DNA of 39,733 bases, taken from positions 1 through 39,733 of IMG/VR virus record IMGVR_UViG_3300045988_046012. The stretch is one strand, 5' to 3'. The position numbers were made by a program, and so were the translations under genes. Shown piece after piece: positions 15,248-21,120 of the stretch (position 1 is the first letter of the stretch; each line of letters opens with the position of its first letter). The stretch is from a virus. The notes beneath the pieces are model-generated. The model was not told the DNA's origin. It made no database searches and saw only the letters and a program-made list of their open reading frames with translations.

Positions 15248-15791
15248 GCAACGGCATCGCCTGGAAACGTGCCGAGCTGATAAGCAATGGCATAGAATAG
15301 CCAAGACGTGCTAGGCAACGGAATGGCACTGCTTCCAAACGCAATGGAGATGATCGGAAGACCAATGCCGAGCAAAGGAAATGCGCAACCTAGATACGCG
15401 CTGAATCGCAAAGGCATTGAATTGAACCGCTTAGAATCGCAACTGCAATGGAATTGCATGGGAAAGCGGCGAAAAGCTACGAGCGGCAATGGAAATGTTG
15501 TGAAGAGAAGGGCATAGCAATGGCATAGCATAGCAAAGCAGAGAGGCGATATGCAACGGAACGGCACAGCGAGCCGCAAGGGAGAAGCCCAGAGACCCAC
15601 AGAGAAGCCAAGAGAAGCATAGAGAAGCAAAGCGAAGGAAGTGCATAGAACCGTTATGCATGGCAATACTTTGATTGGCAATGGATTGGCTGGGCAATGA
15701 ACTGAATTGCAATGGAATAGCATGGATATGGTTAGCAATGGAGTAGAGAAGCAATGCGGTGAACACAAAATTACCAAATGGAGGAATCAAA
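15248..15791 (+). other. 544-nt purine-rich non-coding spacer with iterated GCAAYGG motifs (candidate ncRNA or iteron origin)
   Basis: No credible ORF on either strand. 8 GCAATGG, 2 GCAACGG and 3 GCAATNN, all in the same orientation. Counted lines are 62-75% purine. No terminator at either flank. Confidence 0.7.
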
Positions 15792-16121
15792 ATGAAAACA
15801 ATCACAATTAACGAGGTGGGCTGGGACTTGCACCTCCTGTATCGGGAGGCAATCCAGACTAAGGCACGCCGGGGGCTATTTGGCTATATGCTCCGGACGG
15901 GGCGGGCTGACAACCTGATTTTCGGCGGCGCTTTCCAGCTGCTCAAACAGCTGGAGCCGGTCTGGGGTAAGGAGGCTTACAGCCTCCGCTCCGAGACTCA
16001 AGCGGCGCGTGATATTATTGCAGTCGCCGAGGTTGCTCTTGCGGGTGGCTTTGACCGGTTTGCGCTGTCCCGCCGGGAGATGCAGCGGACGATTAAGGCG
16101 CTGAACGATATCGAGATTTAG
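15792..16121 (+). CDS. Hypothetical protein
   Basis: GGAGG 15780-15784 before ATG 15792 (internal Met of ORF 15759..16121). Confidence 0.7.
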   Translation: MKTITINEVGWDLHLLYREAIQTKARRGLFGYMLRTGRADNLIFGGAFQLLKQLEPVWGKEAYSLRSETQAARDIIAVAEVALAGGFDRFALSRREMQRTIKALNDIEI

Positions 16122-16137
16122 TGAGGAGAGGATAAAG

Positions 16138-16455
16138 ATGGCTGATTACATTGACCGGCAGGCCGCAATTGCGGCACTGAGGAAATTTGCGGAGGAATGC
16201 AAGGATAGTACGGAGGCTGCAACTGCGGCGGCTATGGCGATTTCGGTGATTTCGAGGCTGCCGGGGCCGTGGGCGAGCGTGGGGGATAAACCACCACCCA
16301 AAAGACTCGGCGTGGCAGTAATCGTGCGTTATGGTAATTGTACATTTGTGAGCCACGCATGGTTAAACAGCTATGGTAAATGGGTCGGCATCCCGGCTGG
16401 TGGAACCGTCAGCAGTTGGGCCCCCATGCCGGATGTGCCGGAGGTGGCAACATGA
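16138..16455 (+). CDS. Hypothetical protein (DUF551-like C-terminus)
   Basis: SD GAGGAGAGG upstream; C-terminal W/P-rich end SSWAPMPDVPE. Confidence 0.7.
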   Translation: MADYIDRQAAIAALRKFAEECKDSTEAATAAAMAISVISRLPGPWASVGDKPPPKRLGVAVIVRYGNCTFVSHAWLNSYGKWVGIPAGGTVSSWAPMPDVPEVAT

Positions 16456-16556
16456 CAAATATTGTCTATAACACGGACTGCATGGTTGGGCTGCGGGAAT
16501 ACCCAGACAAGTATTTTGACCTTGCGGTTAATGAGATTCGGGAGGCGGTGAAGTGA
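16452..16556 (+). pseudogene. 34-codon stub matching the N-terminus of an N6A/N4C DNA methyltransferase
   Basis: MTNIVYNTDCMVGLREYPDKYFDLAV matches the usual lead-in to the DPPY motif, but continues NEIREAVK-stop. Confidence 0.6.
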
Positions 16557-18148
16557 TTGCCCACCTTGGAGATATCACAAAAATTGACGGTCTCAATGCC
16601 CCGATTGTGGATTGTGTAATTGGAGGATCGCCGTGTCAGGACCTGTCGGTCGCCGGGAAGCGTGCTGGTTTGGCCGGCAAGCGTTCCGGTCTCTACATGG
16701 AGCAAATCAGATTGGTCAAAGAAATGAGGGAGCAGGATGAACGAAATGGACGGACAGGTGAGTCTATTCGGCCCAGATACATGGTCTGGGAAAACGTCCC
16801 CAGAGCGTTCAGCTCCAATAAAGGGAAAGACTTTGCCGCAGTCATCGAAGAAGCAATCAAAATCGTCGAACCGGAAGCCCCCGGTGTTGAAGTCCCTGCA
16901 AAGGGGTGGCCTACCTGGGGTGGCTACCACGATGGAGTGGCAGGACGATGGAGCTTGGCTTGGCGAGTGCTTGATGCGCAATACTGGGGAGTCGCCCAGC
17001 GCCGCCGTAGAATCGCGCTTGTCGTGGATTTTGGAGGAGACACCGCAGGAGAAATACTATTTGAGCGCCAAAGCGTGTGCTGGGATATTGACACGAGCAG
17101 AACGGAGGGGCAAGGAACTCCCGATGGAGTTGCAGGCTGCATTAAAGATACAGTCTGGTGCATTAAAGGCAACGCAATAGACCGAAACACACAGCAGAAC
17201 GGTGGCTTTGTGAGAGAAGACGTATCTTATACCTTAGATGCTACTGATCACCATGGCGTTTTTGCTCCTGGAATGTGTGCTGCGTTCAAACTCGGAAATT
17301 CTGAGAAAGCAAGGTCAATCGGGTATAGCGTTGAATGCGCACCCACTCTAAATGCGGAATGCGGAGGGAACAAACCTGCAATATTGGATATGACTCATGC
17401 TTGCGATGTGATCCGAGATTGTGGTCAAATTGTACCAACTCTCCAGAGCAGGATGGGTACTGGAGGGAATCAAGTTCCGCTTGTATTTGATGACGCAAGC
17501 AAGCCCAATATTAAATGTTATAACCCATGGGATTCCCAATCTGCAAGAATATATGATGCAGATGGTATTTTTCATTCTCTCAATGCGAACGAAAATGGCG
17601 GGCAGAGTAGAGATTCCATATTTTATAAGAAATCCGTAGATAACATTGAATATAGTCCTGATATTAGTAGAACTTTGTTAGCTAAAAGCGCTTGTTCAAT
17701 GGCCTATGATCTTGAAACATATTGTGTTCAAAATAAATATGTTAGAAGATTAACCCCGCTTGAATGTGAAAGACTTCAAGGGTTCCCCGATGGATGGACT
17801 GATATCGGAGATTACATAGACAGCAACGGACGAAAGCGGAAAACATCGGATAGCTCCAGATATAAAGCACTTGGAAATTCCATTGCGATTCCTCCGTGGA
17901 CGTGGGTACTGAATCGGATTTGCGGGAACTACGACAGACCGGCCACTATGGCGAGTTTATTCGACGGAATCGGAGGGTTCCCTCTTATCTGGGAAAGGAT
18001 CAATGGTGAGGGCTCTTGCCTTTGGGCTTCTGAGATTGAAGAATTCCCAATGGCAGTTACACGGAAACGATTTGGAGGTATGCCGCGGACAGGTATGGAT
18101 ACGGGGAAGGCCGCACAGAAAGGCCGGAGAGGAGTATTGAGGAAATGA
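16553..18148 (+). CDS. C5-cytosine DNA methyltransferase with permuted motif order (III/IV-VI-VIII-TRD-IX-X, then I-II)
   Basis: GDITKI, GGSPCQDLSVAG (IV), ENV (VI), QRRRR (VIII), RRLTPLECERLQGFP (IX), GNSIAIP (X), then in frame MASLFDGIGGF (I) and WASEIEEF (II). GTG 16553 has GGAGG 7 nt upstream. Confidence 0.75.
   Translation: MIAHLGDITKIDGLNAPIVDCVIGGSPCQDLSVAGKRAGLAGKRSGLYMEQIRLVKEMREQDERNGRTGESIRPRYMVWENVPRAFSSNKGKDFAAVIEEAIKIVEPEAPGVEVPAKGWPTWGGYHDGVAGRWSLAWRVLDAQYWGVAQRRRRIALVVDFGGDTAGEILFERQSVCWDIDTSRTEGQGTPDGVAGCIKDTVWCIKGNAIDRNTQQNGGFVREDVSYTLDATDHHGVFAPGMCAAFKLGNSEKARSIGYSVECAPTLNAECGGNKPAILDMTHACDVIRDCGQIVPTLQSRMGTGGNQVPLVFDDASKPNIKCYNPWDSQSARIYDADGIFHSLNANENGGQSRDSIFYKKSVDNIEYSPDISRTLLAKSACSMAYDLETYCVQNKYVRRLTPLECERLQGFPDGWTDIGDYIDSNGRKRKTSDSSRYKALGNSIAIPPWTWVLNRICGNYDRPATMASLFDGIGGFPLIWERINGEGSCLWASEIEEFPMAVTRKRFGGMPRTGMDTGKAAQKGRRGVLRK
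16737..17180 (+). CDS. Candidate overlapping gene (+1 frame) embedded in the C5-MTase gene, 147 aa
   Basis: ORF track; GAGGG 6 nt before ATG 16737; non-random sequence ending KYYLSAKACAGILTRAERRGKELPMELQAAL. Confidence 0.4.
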   Translation: MNEMDGQVSLFGPDTWSGKTSPERSAPIKGKTLPQSSKKQSKSSNRKPPVLKSLQRGGLPGVATTMEWQDDGAWLGECLMRNTGESPSAAVESRLSWILEETPQEKYYLSAKACAGILTRAERRGKELPMELQAALKIQSGALKATQ

Positions 18149-18447
18149 AGCGTAAAACATTTGTGAAGCAGCTCATGGCGCTGGGCATCTCCCGGAATGA
18201 GGTAAACAGGCTGTGCCGGGAGGCGCTCGACAGTATGGCTAAATACCGGGGGAGCGGGCTGCCTGTTGGGCTCGCTTGGGAGTGCATTTTAGCGGCAACA
18301 ATCGGTCAGTTGGAAGACCTTTTAAGCGTCAATGCGGCGACAACGTGGTGGACTGGGACTGGTGACAAATTGTTTGCCTGGCAAATTAAGCGGAGCAAAG
18401 AGGATCCCCGGAGGAGCTGGAGCCGGAACCACCCTAACGGCTATTGA
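18145..18447 (+). CDS. Hypothetical protein
   Basis: ORF track; ATGA overlap with the MTase stop; GAGGA upstream. Confidence 0.65.
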   Translation: MKRKTFVKQLMALGISRNEVNRLCREALDSMAKYRGSGLPVGLAWECILAATIGQLEDLLSVNAATTWWTGTGDKLFAWQIKRSKEDPRRSWSRNHPNGY

Positions 18448-18486
18448 GGAGGATTGACATCCAAGAAAAGAACTGGAGGAATAGAC

Positions 18487-18780
18487 ATGACATTGATTGA
18501 GGAAATCCGGGACAAGGTTGGAGAAGCGGAGCTACTTGCACAGATGGCAGAGGAAGCGGCAGAGCTTAGCCAGGCAGCGCTCAAGCTGCGGAGAAAGCTG
18601 GACGGCAGTAATCCAACACCAAAAACGGAACGGGAGCTGCGGGCGAATCTGGTCGAGGAACTGGCTGACGTTGCTGTTTGCGTATCCGCGCTGGAACTGG
18701 ATACCAAATGGGAGCTGATGCGGAAAAAGATTTGCCGGTGGGTGGAAAGGTTGGAGGAAAACGATGAGGCTCAGAGATAA
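18487..18780 (+). CDS. MazG-like nucleotide pyrophosphohydrolase
   Basis: GGAGG before ATG 18487; EEAAEL ... EELADV acidic helix pairs are typical of MazG/NTP-PPase. Confidence 0.7.
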   Translation: MTLIEEIRDKVGEAELLAQMAEEAAELSQAALKLRRKLDGSNPTPKTERELRANLVEELADVAVCVSALELDTKWELMRKKICRWVERLEENDEAQR

Positions 18781-19060
18781 AACATATCGGGACTACGGAT
18801 TCAGGCACGGCGAGGAAAAGTACATTAAGCAGTTGGCTAGGCAACCTGGCTATGAGCAACGGTTGTTACTTTATGATTCTGCCTATGAGGCAAACAACGC
18901 ACTTGCGGATGATGTCGTATATTCGATCATCTCCGGCGTGAGCTATGACGAGATCATCAAAATCAGGTACATCCCAGCGACACGGGCTGATTTTTATGGT
19001 TACTGCCGCGCAACGCTAGCTTTGTTTCGGGAGAAAATGAGAGAGTACGGCGCAATATAA
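18764..19060 (+). CDS. Hypothetical protein (possible late-gene regulator, by position only)
   Basis: ORF track; GGAGGA upstream; last gene before a strong terminator and the late operon. Confidence 0.65.
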   Translation: MRLRDKTYRDYGFRHGEEKYIKQLARQPGYEQRLLLYDSAYEANNALADDVVYSIISGVSYDEIIKIRYIPATRADFYGYCRATLALFREKMREYGAI

Positions 19061-19102
19061 AAAATGGAGTACGTCAATGTGTATACGACGTACTCCATTT
19101 TT
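19059..19102. terminator. Rho-independent (bidirectional) terminator
   Basis: atggagtacgtc (19064-19075) pairs with gacgtactccat (19087-19098); A-tract before and T5 after. Confidence 0.8.
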
Positions 19103-19233
19103 GATGATATACTGTATATATATGCCAGGGGACAGTTCCGGGCTTATGTGATCAGTTGGCAGAGCAACTGTTACACATTCCGCAAACGCAATACCCGCTC
19201 GGGTGGTGACAACTCCACCCTCTGGCTTCATAC

Positions 19234-19344
19234 GCAGGTGCTCCGGTAGCTGGCTAATTTTTCATGCAATTCCTCCTCAAATTGCCCTTGGACGATCTCC
19301 TTTCTGATCTAAAAGCCATGGCGGTTCAAATCCGCCCACCTGCG
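19234..19344 (+). ncRNA. tRNA-like element: 7-bp acceptor-like helix plus canonical T-arm, with a non-canonical 79-nt insert
   Basis: GCAGGTG (19234-19240) pairs with CACCTGC (19337-19343). GGCGG-TTCAAAT-CCGCC (19320-19336) abuts the 3' strand exactly as in tRNA. No D-arm or anticodon arm could be fitted. Confidence 0.3.
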
Positions 19345-19495
19345 CAAGATAGAGCGCGGCACACCTCTCGACGATGTGCAACAGGCCGCGACATAATGCC
19401 CTCTACGGGCAAAGCGTAAGCCTGTGACGCATCAGGGCACCGCTAGCTCCCGGCGGGGTACAAATAGGGAGCGCAAAAACGGAGGAATGTATGCG

Positions 19496-20656
19496 ATGGA
19501 GATACAATACAGGCGGTTAAGCGAGATCACGCCGTACGATAAAAACGCAAAGACCCACGACAAAAAACAGATTGCCAATGTGGCGGAGAGTATCAAGCAA
19601 TACGGCTTTGTGCAGCCGATTGTGGTTGACCGAGACGGAGTTATTGTGATCGGGCACTGTAGGGCATTGGCGGCGAAGAAGCTGGGCATGAAAGAGGTGC
19701 CTTGCGTCTGCGTGGACGATCTGACCCCGGAGCAGGTGAACGCCCTGCGGCTGGTGGATAATAAGAGCAACGAGAGTGACTGGGATTTTGACCTTCTGGC
19801 TGATGAGCTGCCGGGGCTTGACCTGTCCGCTTTTGACTTTGACTGGGGCCTGCCGGAAGACCAAACGGAAGACATTGCTGAGGACGAAGCACCGGAAGTC
19901 GACGAAGAATCGGAGCCCATTACCAAGATGGGTGATATTTGGCAGTTGGGCAGACATAGGCTGATGTGCGGAGACAGCGCGTCCACGGATTGCGTACAAA
20001 AACTCATGGGGGGGGCACAAGCGGATCTTTTGCTTACAGACCCGCCGTATGGTGTTGATTATACAGGTAAAACAAAGGACGCGCTCAAGATCGAGAATGA
20101 TGCAAAAAGTGATGACGAGTTTATTGCATTTTTGCAGGCGGCATTTGAAGCGGCCGATTCCGTGATGAAGCCCGGTGCGGTGTTTTACATCTGGCACGCC
20201 ATTCTGAAAACGTACGCCTTCGAATCAGCGTGCCAGATGGTCGGGTGGGAAGTTCGGCAGGTTTTGATTTGGGTCAAAAACGCAATGGTTATGGGTCGGC
20301 AAGACTATCAGTGGAAACACGAGCCTTGCCTTTACGGTTGGAAATCTGGCGCGGGGCATTTGTGGGCATCTGACAGAAAGCAAACAACGGTGCTTGAGTT
20401 TGACCGACCGACGAAGAACAAAGAGCACCCGACGATGAAGCCCGTTGCGCTTTTTGACTATCAGATCAAAAACAACACCAAGGGCGGCGATATTGTACTT
20501 GACCTGTTTGCGGGGAGCGGTACAACCGTCGTTGCGTGTGAGCAGAACGGCAGAAATGCTTACGTTATGGAATTTGACCCGCGCTATTGCGACGTGATTG
20601 TAAAGCGATGGGAAAACCTGACAGGGGGAAAGGCGGTGCTTCTGAATGAAAATTGA
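19496..20656 (+). CDS. ParB-like nuclease domain fused to an N6A/N4C DNA methyltransferase
   Basis: N-terminal ParB-N motifs (PYDKNAKTH, GHCRALAA), then LLLTDPPYG and a C-terminal AdoMet-binding region DLFAGSGTT; GGAGG 10 nt before ATG 19496. Confidence 0.85.
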   Translation: MEIQYRRLSEITPYDKNAKTHDKKQIANVAESIKQYGFVQPIVVDRDGVIVIGHCRALAAKKLGMKEVPCVCVDDLTPEQVNALRLVDNKSNESDWDFDLLADELPGLDLSAFDFDWGLPEDQTEDIAEDEAPEVDEESEPITKMGDIWQLGRHRLMCGDSASTDCVQKLMGGAQADLLLTDPPYGVDYTGKTKDALKIENDAKSDDEFIAFLQAAFEAADSVMKPGAVFYIWHAILKTYAFESACQMVGWEVRQVLIWVKNAMVMGRQDYQWKHEPCLYGWKSGAGHLWASDRKQTTVLEFDRPTKNKEHPTMKPVALFDYQIKNNTKGGDIVLDLFAGSGTTVVACEQNGRNAYVMEFDPRYCDVIVKRWENLTGGKAVLLNEN

Positions 20657-20751
20657 GGAAGCACATGCAATCATTGCCAAAACAGACAGCCCGTATTTGA
20701 AGCGGGACATGGAGAAGTTTATCAAACGCCAACGGAGAAAGGAGGGCACGT

Positions 20752-21120
20752 ATGGCAAGGCCAAGAAAGGAAATAGATCAGAAGCAATTCGAGAACCTCT
20801 GCGGCCTGCAATGCACACTTGTGGAAATCTGCGGCTGGTTTGACGTGACCGATAAAACACTGGATAGTTGGTGCAAACGCACATATCATGCCAGTTTTTC
20901 CGAGGTATTCAAGCAAAAGCGAGGAGCGGGGAAAATTTCACTGCGTCGGAGTCAGTGGCAGCTTGCGACGAAGAGCGCGAGCATGGCTATTTGGCTGGGC
21001 AAGCAGTACCTGGGGCAGCGCGACGTGGTAGAGCAGACAATCGCTGTTGACACCGTCAAGGACGATGCGCTGAGCCAGAGCCTCCGAGAGCTTGCAGACG
21101 GCTTAAAATCCGATGATTAG
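20752..21120 (+). CDS. terS: Terminase small subunit
   Basis: AAGGAGGG before the ATG; N-terminal HTH-like region; immediately upstream of and overlapping terL. Confidence 0.7.
   Translation: MARPRKEIDQKQFENLCGLQCTLVEICGWFDVTDKTLDSWCKRTYHASFSEVFKQKRGAGKISLRRSQWQLATKSASMAIWLGKQYLGQRDVVEQTIAVDTVKDDALSQSLRELADGLKSDD

Noticed and set aside
15248-15791. Possible mini-CRISPR array, given the neighbouring Cas6-like motif
   Set aside because: The repeated unit is only 7 nt (at most about 15 nt). Spacing is irregular (15 to 110 nt), and there are no 24-40-nt conserved repeats or leader-like architecture.
15248-15791. CsrA/Rsm-type sponge RNA based on many GGA motifs
   Set aside because: I counted about 18 GGA triplets. 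That is roughly what the A/G-rich composition predicts by chance. Only the longer GCAATGG(A) word is enriched, so a GGA-based argument is not supported.
15169-15805. Two long minus-strand ORFs (202 aa and 124 aa) covering the non-coding spacer
   Set aside because: Their translations are low-complexity shadows of the repeats (recurrent PLQ/HC/IPL). They have no SD and overlap each other in different frames. They arise because the purine-rich plus strand leaves few stop codons on the complement.
19064-19249. 61-aa plus-strand ORF and 71-aa minus-strand ORF (19016..19231) in the gap upstream of the late operon
   Set aside because: The plus-strand ORF starts inside the terminator hairpin, and neither ORF has an SD. 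Their composition is not protein-like. On the minus strand the strong GAGGAGG precedes only a 3-codon ORF (ATG AAA AAT TAG).
19234-19344. Canonical tRNA gene
   Set aside because: The acceptor stem and T-arm are present, but the element is 111 nt. I could not fit a D-arm or a 5-bp anticodon stem with a 7-nt loop (U33/R37 rules fail at every register), and no CCA follows. I kept it only as a tRNA-like element.
20646-20843. 65-aa ORF overlapping the ParB-MTase stop and the first 92 nt of terS
   Set aside because: The first roughly 35 residues look plausible and the ATGA coupling is attractive. However, the ORF has no stop before running deep into terS, which has a much better SD, so I did not call it a gene.
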